Shown: positions 7,087 through 15,898 of the stretch, piece by piece | Numbering within the stretch: the first letter of the stretch is position 1 | Layout of the letters: every line of letters starts with the position of its first letter | Source: Candidatus Iainarchaeum sp. | Lineage (GTDB): Archaea > Iainarchaeota > Iainarchaeia > Iainarchaeales > 0-14-0-20-34-12 | NCBI GenBank assembly: GCA_030649345.1 | Contig: JAUSKK010000008.1 | Location: 21,533 to 53,532, forward strand | Direction of reading: 5' to 3' | DNA: 32,000 bases | Made by a program: the position numbers and the translations under genes | Notes under the pieces: model-generated | What the model saw: only the letters and a program-made list of their open reading frames with translations | What the model was told of the DNA's origin: nothing | Databases searched by the model: none

Positions 7087-8445
7087 ATGTCTTTCGGAGA
7101 AAAACTAAAAGGTGCATTTGACAAAATCCGCTTAGCTGCTGTAGTCGACAAAGATTTAGTTAAAGAAATTAACCGCGAACTTCAAAGAGCTTTAATTTCT
7201 GCAGATGTTCCGATTGATTTGGTTTTAGAGTTAAGCAAAAAAGTAGAGCAAGCCAGTATTGAAAAAATTCCAGAAGGATTAAGCCGAAAAGAACACTTGC
7301 TGAAAAAGACGCATGATTTTTTAATTGAATTATTAAATCCAGGAAAAGAACTTCCTTTAAGGCCAGAAAAAATTTTATTAATTGGTTTATATGGAAGTGG
7401 AAAAACTACGAGTGCTGGAAAATTAGCGAAATGGTTTAAACGAAAAGGACGCAGACCTTTATTGGTTGCAGCTGATGTTGATAGACCAGCTGCATTTGAA
7501 CAACTTCAACAACTCAGCGAAAAAATGTTTATTCCTTTTTTTGGAGAAAAACAAAACAAAAATGCAGCCCAAATTGTCGAACATGCTTTAGAGAATAAAA
7601 AAAATGCAGACCTAATTATTGTGGATAGTGCTGGAAGAAGTGCTTTGGATCAAAATTTAATTGATGAATTAAAACAAATTAAACAAACTTTAAATCCAGA
7701 TCAAATTTGGTTAGTGTTAAGTTCAGATATTGGTCAAGTAGCTGGAAAGCAAGCCAAAGCATTCCATGAATCTGTTGGCGTGAATGGAATTATTATTACA
7801 AAAACCGATGGTTCGGGTAAAGGCGGAGGTGCTTTAGCTGCTTGTCGAGTTGTTCAAGCACCTGTGTATTTTATTGGAACTGGAGAACATGCCGATGACT
7901 TTCAAGTATTTGATGCTGCTCGTTATCTTTCCAGATTAATGGGCTACGGTGATTTGCCGGGTTTGTTGGAAAAAATTCAAACATTGCAGGCTGAATCTGA
8001 TTTTAATCCAGAAGATTTATTGCAGGAAAAGTTTTCTTTGAAAACATTTTATGCTCAACTCGAAGCCACGAATAAGATTGGAACATTTGATAAAATTACT
8101 GAAATGCTGGGAATGAAAGAAGCGGTTCCTAAAAATGAAATGGAACGCATGCAAAAACGTTTAAGTGTTTACAAATATTTAATGGATTCCATGACTGAAA
8201 AAGAAAGACTAAATCCAGATATTATTACTGTTTCTAGAATGAAACGCATTGCCAAAGGTTCGGGCAGAACAGAACAAGATGTTCGAGAATTATTAAAACA
8301 ATTCAAACAAATGGATCGAATGTTTTCAAAAATGCAAAAACTCAATCCAGCCAATATGGAAAACATGAACCAACAAGACATTGGAAAACTCATGCAAAAA
8401 TTGGGTGCTGGAAAACAAAAAAAGAAAAAATTTAGATTCAAATAA
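7087..8445 (+). CDS. srp54: Signal recognition particle protein SRP54
   Basis: GLYGSGKTTSAGKLA, VAADVDRPAAFEQL, IVDSAGR, IITKTDGSGKGGGALA, and a Met-rich C-terminal M domain. Confidence 0.95.
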   Translation: MSFGEKLKGAFDKIRLAAVVDKDLVKEINRELQRALISADVPIDLVLELSKKVEQASIEKIPEGLSRKEHLLKKTHDFLIELLNPGKELPLRPEKILLIGLYGSGKTTSAGKLAKWFKRKGRRPLLVAADVDRPAAFEQLQQLSEKMFIPFFGEKQNKNAAQIVEHALENKKNADLIIVDSAGRSALDQNLIDELKQIKQTLNPDQIWLVLSSDIGQVAGKQAKAFHESVGVNGIIITKTDGSGKGGGALAACRVVQAPVYFIGTGEHADDFQVFDAARYLSRLMGYGDLPGLLEKIQTLQAESDFNPEDLLQEKFSLKTFYAQLEATNKIGTFDKITEMLGMKEAVPKNEMERMQKRLSVYKYLMDSMTEKERLNPDIITVSRMKRIAKGSGRTEQDVRELLKQFKQMDRMFSKMQKLNPANMENMNQQDIGKLMQKLGAGKQKKKKFRFK

Positions 8446-8449
8446 AATT

Positions 8450-8466
8450 TTAAGTTAATAACTTAA
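8450..8466. terminator. Palindrome TTAAGTTA-A-TAACTTAA at the convergent srp54 / member C junction, overlapping the first 17 nt (3' end) of the member C ORF
   Basis: Perfect 8-bp inverted repeat. Function as a bidirectional terminator is inferred. Confidence 0.3.
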
Positions 8467-9136
8467 GTCGTTGTGCAGCTATCACATAATCAATTTCAGA
8501 AAGCCTAGAAACCGCATTGGTTTCAACTAAAGTTTCACGAACCAAACTATTGGCTTGGTCGAATTCCTCCAAGGTTAAGTTTAATTTCAAAGAAATTTCA
8601 TGGGCATCGTATCCTTGAACGGTGAGTTCAAATAATTCACTCAATCTCTGAAAAATTCCAGAAGTACTGGTTAAGCCATATAAGTTATCTCTGCTGGCTT
8701 TTCTTTTCAAAGCAGCTAAAATTGTAGATTTTTTTAAATTTATTCTTTGCAACAAATCTCTAGAAACTACTTCCGGTATGTGTTGAAGTAATCTTTGACA
8801 TTCTCGAATTTGTCTTGCTTTAGTTTCTTTTCTGTATGCTTGTACCTCTCTTGCAATCAAAGGCTGTTGTCCTAAACGCAGTCTTAGTTTTGCATCTCTT
8901 TTTGTTCCCGGAAACTGCTTAACCCAGTTTATGTGAGCTTGTCTTAGTTGTTCTCTGTCTGTCACTCCTGAAAGAAAGTGATATATTTTGCTGACAACAG
9001 GCACTCTTTCTTTACTTTTTGCTCGTTTTTTCATTATTTCCAATATTTCTTCTCTGTTTTTCCCCTTTAATTTTAAAAGTCCTATTCTTAACAAAAGCCG
9101 GCTGCTTTTACTTAAATAGTTGGGTCTTCGAATCAT
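8450..9136 (-). CDS. Basic-N-terminus helical protein, tentative paralog family member C (unknown function)
   Basis: MIRRPNYLSKSSRLLLRIGLLKLKGKNRE..., 228 aa. TTAAATAAAAAA box upstream, no SD. Confidence 0.6.
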   Translation of the reverse strand: MIRRPNYLSKSSRLLLRIGLLKLKGKNREEILEIMKKRAKSKERVPVVSKIYHFLSGVTDREQLRQAHINWVKQFPGTKRDAKLRLRLGQQPLIAREVQAYRKETKARQIRECQRLLQHIPEVVSRDLLQRINLKKSTILAALKRKASRDNLYGLTSTSGIFQRLSELFELTVQGYDAHEISLKLNLTLEEFDQANSLVRETLVETNAVSRLSEIDYVIAAQRLKLLT

Positions 9137-9151
9137 TTTTTCAAGCCTTTT

Positions 9152-9787
9152 TTATTTAACTCGTGCAAATACTCTGGCTGGAGCTCCATCTTCGCATTTC
9201 AAATTCAACGGAGCAACTATTATTTCGCATACCTTTTGTTTAATTTTGTTTACATTCACTAAATTTTCTACAATCACAATTCCTTTTTTTAACAAAATTT
9301 TGTGTACAGTATATGGCGAATTGTCAACTGTAAATGAATCAATTCCAACCAGCTTGATTTTTTTCTTAATTAACCATTCAGCCAATTCTTTTGAAATCTC
9401 TGGATTTTTTTCCCAATAGTTTTGTTTTCCTATTTTTTGATTCCAGTTAGTACAAAAAATTACGCGTTTACATTCTTTGATTTCTGTTTCATATTTTTGT
9501 ACGTTTTTAATTTCAATTTTAGAAATTCCTTGCACTTTTACAATCACAGCTTTTCCAATAAATGTTTCCAGTGGAATTTGATTTTTGGATTTTCCATTTT
9601 TTATAAAATGTCTCGGGAAATCTACATGGGTTCCAGTGTGAGAATTTATGTGAATCAGTGACTGTTTGCAATATTGGGTTCCACCAGCGTTTATAGATAA
9701 AATCTGAATTTTTGGATCACCTAAATGAACTGGTGTTTTCGAGCTTAATTCCATGCTGATGTCAATGATTTTATTGTTTTTGCTCAT
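9152..9787 (-). CDS. Cyclase-family protein / kynurenine (aryl)formamidase-like
   Basis: The HTGTHVDFPRHF motif (HxGTHxDxPxH) is typical of the putative cyclase family. 211 aa. Confidence 0.75.
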   Translation of the reverse strand: MSKNNKIIDISMELSSKTPVHLGDPKIQILSINAGGTQYCKQSLIHINSHTGTHVDFPRHFIKNGKSKNQIPLETFIGKAVIVKVQGISKIEIKNVQKYETEIKECKRVIFCTNWNQKIGKQNYWEKNPEISKELAEWLIKKKIKLVGIDSFTVDNSPYTVHKILLKKGIVIVENLVNVNKIKQKVCEIIVAPLNLKCEDGAPARVFARVK

Positions 9788-9797
9788 ATCAAACTAT

Positions 9798-10352
9798 ATG
9801 CCTAAACTTAAATTAAATCTTGGTTCTGTGTCCAAGCCTAAATTGCAGGCTGTAGAAGATGCTTTTTTGAAATATTTTCCAGAAATTGCCTTGCAAGGTT
9901 TTCCAGTTTCTTCAGGTGTTTCTTACCAGCCTATGGGTTTGAATGAAATATTGCAGGGTGCTAAAGTTCGAGCTCATGAAGCTTTTAAGGCTAGAAAATG
10001 CGATTACAGTATTGGTTTAGAAGCCGGCTGGTTAGATGTTCCTGGAACCAATACAGGTTACATGGATATAGCGTTTTGTGTAATTTTTGACGGGAAAAAA
10101 AGCACGTTTGGAGGAAGCCCTTTGTTTGAATTGCCTCATAAAGTTGTTCAAAAAGTTGTTCATGAAAAAAAAGAATTAGGTTTAGTCTTTCCTGAACTTT
10201 GGCCGCATTTGCCGCATTCGAATGATCCGAATCACAAAGAAGCCATTCGTTTTTTATCCAAAGACGTAGTCAAACGTTCTGCTCTTTTAGAAATGGCAGT
10301 ATTAATGGCTTTATTGCCAATTGTGTCCAAAGATGATTTTTATGATTTTTAA
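9798..10352 (+). CDS. Non-canonical purine NTP phosphatase (YjjX / DUF84-like)
   Basis: LNLGSVSKPKLQAVEDAF...SGVSYQPMGLNEILQGAKVRA...IGLEAG. The ATG at 9798 is preferred over the longer track ORF, which overlaps the divergent gene. Confidence 0.7.
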   Translation: MPKLKLNLGSVSKPKLQAVEDAFLKYFPEIALQGFPVSSGVSYQPMGLNEILQGAKVRAHEAFKARKCDYSIGLEAGWLDVPGTNTGYMDIAFCVIFDGKKSTFGGSPLFELPHKVVQKVVHEKKELGLVFPELWPHLPHSNDPNHKEAIRFLSKDVVKRSALLEMAVLMALLPIVSKDDFYDF

Positions 10353-10357
10353 CTGTG

Positions 10358-11206
10358 ATGCAAATGACTGACCTTTTACTAATTCGAGAAATTGTTTTAT
10401 TGCTTGGTTTAATTTTAGCATCGTATTTTGATATCCGTAAACGCATTATTCCAGACAAACTTAATTATGCTTTAGCTGGTTTTGGAATTATTTTAAATTT
10501 TTTTGATTTTAATTGGATTCAGTTCATTTTTCCAGTTTTTGTGTTTGCTTTTTTTGCAGTAATTTATTATTTAGGAAAAATCGGCGGCGGAGACGTCAAA
10601 CTGTTTACAGCCACTGCTTTTTTACTGCCAATTTACAACAATCAGTTTTTTTTAATCCCTGCTTTGTTTTATAGTGCTTTAATTAGTGTCATTTTTTTAT
10701 CTGTTTATTATGTTTTGAAGTATATGTCTAAAGGAATTGATTGGAATGAAAACAAAAAAGGAATCCAGCAAGCAGTAGTGTTAGGCTTGTTTTTAGTTGT
10801 GTATGCTGGAGTATTTTATTTTTGGGGTAAACTGAATTCTTCTATGGTTATTTTATTTTTTGTTCCTTTGCTGTTTGGCTTGGTGTTTATGGCTTTCCAG
10901 CAAGGAATCAAAAAGCACTTTTTTTTAAAACAAGTTCAAGTATCTGCTTTAGAAGAAGATGAAGTAATTGCAAAAGAATTCTTGCCTATTTCTGTTTCTA
11001 AAAATTTTAATTTTTCTGTAAAAGGAATTGTTACAGAAGAAGATAAACAAAAACTAAAAGAACTGAATATTCTGGAAGTTCCAATTTATCGTGACTTGCC
11101 TCCATTTGCTCCGTTTTTTTTAATGGGTTGTATTTTGGCGTTTGGGTTTCCTTCCTTGCTGAATGACTTGTTTTTCTTTAGTTTTTTTGCTTTTCGGATT
11201 GTATAA
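10358..11206 (+). CDS. A24-family aspartyl peptidase (prepilin/preflagellin peptidase-like)
   Basis: Polytopic membrane protein with the two catalytic-Asp contexts, YFDIRKRIIPD and KIGGGDVKLF. Confidence 0.8.
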   Translation: MQMTDLLLIREIVLLLGLILASYFDIRKRIIPDKLNYALAGFGIILNFFDFNWIQFIFPVFVFAFFAVIYYLGKIGGGDVKLFTATAFLLPIYNNQFFLIPALFYSALISVIFLSVYYVLKYMSKGIDWNENKKGIQQAVVLGLFLVVYAGVFYFWGKLNSSMVILFFVPLLFGLVFMAFQQGIKKHFFLKQVQVSALEEDEVIAKEFLPISVSKNFNFSVKGIVTEEDKQKLKELNILEVPIYRDLPPFAPFFLMGCILAFGFPSLLNDLFFFSFFAFRIV

Positions 11207-11446
11207 TACAATAGTATTTCCTTTGGTTTCAATGACGCGTGCATTGCAATCTAAAGCTAGTTTTTCTGCAATTCGTGCTCTATCTGCTTGAAATGTTGGA
11301 TGTACTTTGATTTTGATTAAACTTCTTTTTTCAAACCGGTGTTTTAATTCTCCAACCAAACTTTCGGTTAATCCATTTTTTCCAATTTGAATTTCTGGAA
11401 TAATTTGCATGGCTTTGCTTTTCATTTCTTTTTCAAACTGATCCAT
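11120..11446 (-). CDS. YhbY/CRS1-type CRM-domain RNA-binding protein
   Basis: PEIQIGKNGLTESLVGELKHRFEKRSLIKIKV...DCNARVIETKGNTIVLY. The basic tail overlaps the peptidase gene by 87 nt. Confidence 0.75.
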   Translation of the reverse strand: MDQFEKEMKSKAMQIIPEIQIGKNGLTESLVGELKHRFEKRSLIKIKVHPTFQADRARIAEKLALDCNARVIETKGNTIVLYNPKSKKTKEKQVIQQGRKPKRQNTTH

Positions 11447-11449
11447 AGT

Positions 11450-11776
11450 TCATTCACTTCCTATTTTTGTTTTCCTTGTGATCTTGCATTCATTGCAAGT
11501 AATCTTCATCATTGTTCCCATGATTCGTATTTTGCAGTTTTTTCCAATTTTGAGAAAACTTCCGCAGTTTTTGCAAAATTGTTTTTTGAGTTCTTTTGGA
11601 ATCTTGACTTTGTTTCGAGTGCCAATTTTTCTGGCCAATTCAACATAGCGTGTGCTTCGTTCTTTGTGGTGTTCAAATTCTTGTTCAGCTAATTCAAACA
11701 ATCGATAGATTCGTTCCAGTGCAATTTGTTCTACAATGTTTTTGGTTTTGGCTCTTTGATGTTCTTTGTATCCCAT
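11450..11776 (-). CDS. rnp4: RNase P protein component 4 (Rpp21/Rpr2)
   Basis: IALERIYRLFELAE...RYVELARKIGTRNKVKIPKELKKQFCKNCGSFL...ITCNECK (CxxC...CxxC zinc ribbon). Confidence 0.8.
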   Translation of the reverse strand: MGYKEHQRAKTKNIVEQIALERIYRLFELAEQEFEHHKERSTRYVELARKIGTRNKVKIPKELKKQFCKNCGSFLKIGKNCKIRIMGTMMKITCNECKITRKTKIGSE

Positions 11777-11811
11777 ATAGATTATTAACTATTTAATTGT
11801 ATTAAATAGAT

Positions 11812-12462
11812 ATGGAACGTCCTAAAGTAAAGCCTGTAGCTAAATTTAAAACAAGCGTTTTTGGTTCTGGAAAAGTTAAAAGTAAAAAAGTTCAAGATTG
11901 GCTGCGTTGGCATAAGCATGCTTTATTGAATGCCGATCGATTTATTCAAGCGAAAGATTTTGCCCGCAGAGCTGTTTTGAATTCTTTGCGTGCTTATGCA
12001 GATACTTTGAAAATAAGTCCTCAAACCAAAGAGGCTTTACTGTTGGCGCAAGATACTCGTTTGGATTTAATGAATGTACTTTCAGGTTGTGTGACTCGCA
12101 AAGAATTGAATGGACGAAAGGGAGCGTTTTTTGATAGTCAACCTTTTGTTGGTTTTTTGAAAAAATATTGTGCTTTTTTGGATTCCTGGCATGATGTATT
12201 TCCAGCATCTCGATTGAAAAATATTAAAGATCATGCAATTGCTCAGTTAGAAGATGCCCAGGATTCAATTCGTACAGAAGGCATTACTCGTTTTTTAATT
12301 CCTAAAGAAGAACTGGAAGTCATGCAGCATAATATAGATACTGCTTCAGCTATTTTTTTAGGTTTTAAAGCTAAACGTTTTTTGAAGATTCGGGCAGCTA
12401 TTGTTCATGCAGTTGAACAACATGCACAGCTTCTGAAAAAGCCTTTAAAAGAAAGAAGTTAA
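11812..12462 (+). CDS. Basic-N-terminus helical protein, paralog family member D (unknown function)
   Basis: MERPKVKPVAKFKTSVFGSGKVKSKK... Contains RRAVLNSLRAYADTLKISPQTKEALLLAQDTRLDLMNV, which aligns to members F and E. Confidence 0.7.
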   Translation: MERPKVKPVAKFKTSVFGSGKVKSKKVQDWLRWHKHALLNADRFIQAKDFARRAVLNSLRAYADTLKISPQTKEALLLAQDTRLDLMNVLSGCVTRKELNGRKGAFFDSQPFVGFLKKYCAFLDSWHDVFPASRLKNIKDHAIAQLEDAQDSIRTEGITRFLIPKEELEVMQHNIDTASAIFLGFKAKRFLKIRAAIVHAVEQHAQLLKKPLKERS

Positions 12463-12499
12463 CCAACTCATTTTTATTTAATAAAAACGTATTCTTTTA

Positions 12500-13159
12500 A
12501 TGCAGCGCCCCAAAAAACCAATTCCTGGTGGTTGGAGTTTTCGTACTGTTCGAGAAGGAACTCACAGTAAAGTTGGCCGTGCCAGAGTTGAAAAACAACC
12601 AGTGTTTTCTAAACCAAAAATTAATTGGACAGAGCGTGCTTTTGTGATTGGAGCATCTCCAAATGTTTTAAAGTCTCCGCGAATGCGTCAGCATGTTTTG
12701 GTGCGTACTTTGCGTGAGTTTTTGCATTCGTTTTCGGATCTTTCTGAGCCTCGAAGAAACGCAATTTTAGATTTAGAAAAAGTTAGATTGGATATCCAAG
12801 AAGTTCAAGAAAAATATTCTGATCGTAAAGCAATGCCTGCCAACGAGTATACGCGTTTTTTGGTTTCTTTAAGTGCAGTATTTCGTACCGGTAGTCAATG
12901 TCTTCAAGATGAATATGTACGTAATGCTGCTGAACAAATGGAAAAAAATGCAACCACTGAACGAACACGAGTGAATACTCATCAATATCGTGCATTGACT
13001 GTTACACGTGATTTTTTTAAACCCAAATTAGATACTTTAGATGAAGTTGTTCGTAGGCTGGTTGGAAATGAAGTTCAAGCCAAAGAATTGATTGGTGTTC
13101 GTGAACAAATTTTGGAAGCCGTTGATACTTTGCAAGTCAGTATAGCTGAACGAAACTAA
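12500..13159 (+). CDS. Basic-N-terminus helical protein, paralog family member E (unknown function)
   Basis: MQRPKKPIPGGWSFRTVREG... Contains RQHVLVRTLREFLHSFSDLSEPRRNAILDLEKVRLDIQEV. TTTTATTTAATAAAA box upstream. Confidence 0.7.
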   Translation: MQRPKKPIPGGWSFRTVREGTHSKVGRARVEKQPVFSKPKINWTERAFVIGASPNVLKSPRMRQHVLVRTLREFLHSFSDLSEPRRNAILDLEKVRLDIQEVQEKYSDRKAMPANEYTRFLVSLSAVFRTGSQCLQDEYVRNAAEQMEKNATTERTRVNTHQYRALTVTRDFFKPKLDTLDEVVRRLVGNEVQAKELIGVREQILEAVDTLQVSIAERN

Positions 13160-13256
13160 AATCCTGTGGCTTAATTAATTGTTTTGTCTTTTATTTTTGT
13201 ATGGATTTAAATTTTGATGCAAAATTTAAAATTTTAAAATTTCAGGAGAAATTTTA

Positions 13257-13511
13257 ATGGACTTTGTTACACTTTTAGGTTTTGCAGCTGCTATTCTAAC
13301 TACTTTAGCGTTTGTTCCGCAATTGATTCAAATCATGAAAACTAAATCAACCAAAGATATTTCGCTTTTAACTTTTTCTGGTTTTACGGTCGGAGTATTT
13401 TTGTGGTTAGTGTACGGAATTTTAACCAATGCTTTGCCAGTCATTGCAGCCAATATTGTTACTCTTATTTTAGCTATTTTGATTTTGTTTTATAAAATCA
13501 AATACAAATAG
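13257..13511 (+). CDS. SemiSWEET / PQ-loop family small transporter
   Basis: 84 aa, three TM helices, LAFVPQLIQIMKTKSTKDISL PQ motif. Confidence 0.8.
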   Translation: MDFVTLLGFAAAILTTLAFVPQLIQIMKTKSTKDISLLTFSGFTVGVFLWLVYGILTNALPVIAANIVTLILAILILFYKIKYK

Positions 13512-13598
13512 AATTGGAATTCATTCAGTGCTGCTGTATTGTTACTTGTCTTAATGCACTGTCGTAACACTGCCATACTGCGAATGTTGACTCCTGAA

Positions 13599-14981
13599 CT
13601 AATAAGATTTTTTTTTGTGCAAATTAAGATGTTCTGTGCGTTCAATTTCTTTCAAATTACTCGGATCGTTGTTGTATTTGTTACCATCAATGTGATGTAT
13701 ATCGTAACCCACTTTTGGCCAACGTCCATGCGCATTTTTCCAGATCCATCTATGGACTGAAGTCTTCTTATCATAATCTTTTAGATCCAATCCCTCTTTA
13801 TAAAAATAATAATAGCCGCCCCAATAAGGATTTACAATAACCAATCTGTTACCTACAAGTTCATACGGAAAGGGTTTGTTCACCCGTTCCCATTCACTAC
13901 TCATATAATTTGCAAGTTTGTATGTTTTAATTTCAAATTTAGCTTTCAGATCGTCAAGCTTTTTTAATTCACTTTCTTTCTTATTATTTTTTTCCCTTAA
14001 AATACTAATTTCATCATCCATTTTTTCAATTTCATACTTTTGTTTTTGTATCTCTGCAGATATTAGTTTTTGTTTTTCAATTAGATTTTTTCTTTTACTA
14101 TATTCAATTGAATGATAACCAATTATCGAAATAACTATTATTATCACTAAGGCAATTATCAAGAATTGCAAGTTATCAAAAAAAATTTTATTATCTTTGT
14201 CCATTTGTAATTTCGTTCTCGCCTCAAGTATTGTTTGAGTTTCTATGCACAAGCCATTGGCATCAATAGCGCCATAAATACACTCTTGTTCACTGCAAAT
14301 TGGTTTGAAACCAATCTCAACACTCTTTTTTTTCACACATAAATTATTGTTGCATGAAACTTCGTCAGTTTTGCAAGTAAATCCTGGAAAAAACTCATTT
14401 TTATTATTGCAAATATTTTCAATACAAAATCCCCCTCCACACTCAGTGCCAATTGTGCAGGTGGCTCCATCATTTAGGCAATTTTTATCTAAGCAAGTTT
14501 TGCAGTTGTCTGTGGTGATTATTTCTTTTTCAGTTTTAAGATATGTAAAATCGTTTTCTAAAATAGTGTATTCTATTGATTCTTGGTTTATTCGAGGGGA
14601 GCTGCCAATACTTTCCCATTCATCTGTTACAACAGATCCGCCTGCTGGAACGTCAAAAACATGACCTGCCTTGTTGCCAACCCGGTTATTCCAATAATAT
14701 GAAATGTCTAATTTTATCGGAGTAATGTAACTATTGTAAATTGTGAATCCAGTGTGGTCGTTTCTAATATAAAAGTCACCAAAACGTATGGGCGTTTTGG
14801 TTATATAGTTATCAGTTATATTTTTGACGAAAATAACTTCATTGTTTTCCTTATTAAATAGTTTTTGTGCATATATTTCTCTTTGTGTTTGGGTAGTGTA
14901 TTGGCAAGCCAATGTCTGCGCTGAAACTATCGGCAAAGATAAAATAACAATCAGTGCTAAAAAAAGAATTTTGATTCGCAT
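13599..14981 (-). CDS. Single-pass membrane protein: signal peptide, Cys-rich ectodomain, TM, coiled coil, C-terminal HNH nuclease domain
   Basis: MRIKILFLALIVILSLPIVSAQ signal. 13 Cys between aa 159-245. TM FLIIALVIIIVISIIGYH (aa 272-289, nt 14115-14168), then KRK. Heptad-like K/E segment. HRWIWKNAHGRWPKVGYDIHHIDGNKYNNDPSNLKEIERTEHLNLH (aa 410-455, nt 13617-13754) matches the HNH_3-type pattern. Confidence 0.75.
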   Translation of the reverse strand: MRIKILFLALIVILSLPIVSAQTLACQYTTQTQREIYAQKLFNKENNEVIFVKNITDNYITKTPIRFGDFYIRNDHTGFTIYNSYITPIKLDISYYWNNRVGNKAGHVFDVPAGGSVVTDEWESIGSSPRINQESIEYTILENDFTYLKTEKEIITTDNCKTCLDKNCLNDGATCTIGTECGGGFCIENICNNKNEFFPGFTCKTDEVSCNNNLCVKKKSVEIGFKPICSEQECIYGAIDANGLCIETQTILEARTKLQMDKDNKIFFDNLQFLIIALVIIIVISIIGYHSIEYSKRKNLIEKQKLISAEIQKQKYEIEKMDDEISILREKNNKKESELKKLDDLKAKFEIKTYKLANYMSSEWERVNKPFPYELVGNRLVIVNPYWGGYYYFYKEGLDLKDYDKKTSVHRWIWKNAHGRWPKVGYDIHHIDGNKYNNDPSNLKEIERTEHLNLHKKKSY

Positions 14982-15037
14982 TTCATAATTTATGCAAAAC
15001 TTATTATAATATCTTTCACACCTTCAAAAAAACAGAA

Positions 15038-15195
15038 TGCAGCCATCGGGATTCGAACCCGAGTCGCAACCTCTCGCCAAACGAACATAAACGTGAAGAA
15101 GCCGGTCGATCGAGCGTTAGCGAAGATCGTCCTAAAGCGTCAACCGATTTTGCGGTTGTGGAAGGGTCGCATCCTGACCACTAGACTATGGCTGC
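15038..15195 (-). tRNA. tRNA-Gly(UCC) with an 86-nt intron at the canonical 37/38 position (intron 15073-15158)
   Basis: Hand fold: GCAGCCA/TGGCTGC acceptor, GTCT..GGAT D arm, CGACC/GGTTG anticodon stem, loop CTTCCA|A, TCGGG-TTCGAAT-CCCGA T arm, discriminator A. 37 + 86 + 35 nt. Confidence 0.85.
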
Positions 15196-15264
15196 TTTCT
15201 TATTAGATTGTTTTTGCGAGTTTTTTTAAACACATTGTTTGCCAATTTGTGTTAAGGTTTTACT

Positions 15265-15897
15265 GTGAATCGAAAAGGTTTATTTATTGTTTTTGAAGGC
15301 TTGGATGGTTCCGGTAAAGGCACTTTGTTAGCCAAAACTTCGGAGTATTTGTTTAATTCGTTTAAAGAATTGGATCAAATTGTTTTAACACGCGAACCAA
15401 CATTTTCTGGAATTGGCAGAAATATTCGAGATATATTAAAAAAATCTCAATCTCCAAAGAGTGACGCGAAGCGTTTGCTTTCTTTGTATTTAGAAGACCG
15501 AAAAGAACATTTAACTAATTTAATTTTGCCGGCTCTTTCTAAAGGAGCTGTCGTTTTATGCGATCGCTACAAATACAGTACTTTAGCATACCAGCAAACT
15601 CAAGGAATTGCTTTTGAACAAATTGTGAACTTGCATAAAAATATGTTGGTTCCAGACTTGGTTTTGTTATTGGATGTAGATCCTGAAACTGCTTTGCAAA
15701 GAATTAAGACTGACAGAACCCAAATTGATAAATTTGAACAATTAGAGTTTTTAACTGAATTAAGAGAAAACTATTTAAAGTTGAAAACCTTATTGCCCAA
15801 TGAACACATTGCAGTTATTGATGCCAATTCAAGTATTGAAACAGTTTTAGAATCCATTAAAAAAGAAATCAATTATTTATTGCAAGCCAGGAAATAA
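15265..15897 (+). CDS. tmk: Thymidylate kinase
   Basis: FIVFEGLDGSGKGT P-loop, DRYKYSTLAYQ, 210 aa. GTG start. Confidence 0.9.
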   Translation: MNRKGLFIVFEGLDGSGKGTLLAKTSEYLFNSFKELDQIVLTREPTFSGIGRNIRDILKKSQSPKSDAKRLLSLYLEDRKEHLTNLILPALSKGAVVLCDRYKYSTLAYQQTQGIAFEQIVNLHKNMLVPDLVLLLDVDPETALQRIKTDRTQIDKFEQLEFLTELRENYLKLKTLLPNEHIAVIDANSSIETVLESIKKEINYLLQARK

Positions 15898-15898
15898 T

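Noticed and set aside
8169-8441. ORF 8169-8441(-), 90 aa
   Set aside because: It is antisense to the srp54 M domain, and its Phe/Cys-rich product arises from the complement of K/M codons.
9120-9661. ORFs 9120-9419(+) and 9422-9661(+)
   Set aside because: They are antisense to the cyclase-family gene, which has the diagnostic HxGTHxDxPxH motif.
11120-11206. 87-nt convergent overlap between the A24 peptidase and YhbY genes
   Set aside because: Both conserved cores end before or near the overlap. The overlap involves only low-complexity tails (FFFSFFAFRIV / KSKKTKEKQ...). It is probably a trivial extension of one or both ORFs to the next stop, and I cannot decide which.
11387-12208. ORFs 11387-11692(+) and 11942-12208(-)
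   Set aside because: They are antisense shadows of the Rpp21 gene and family member D respectively.
13160-13256. AAATTTTAAAATTTTAAAATTT-type tandem A/T periodicity upstream of the SemiSWEET gene
   Set aside because: This is a low-complexity AT tract typical of promoters in an AT-rich genome, with no defined repeat unit beyond A4T4-like runs.
13539-14664. ORFs 13539-13760(+), 13918-14115(+) and 14305-14664(+)
   Set aside because: They are antisense to the long HNH membrane-protein ORF, which has a coherent signal peptide / TM / HNH architecture.
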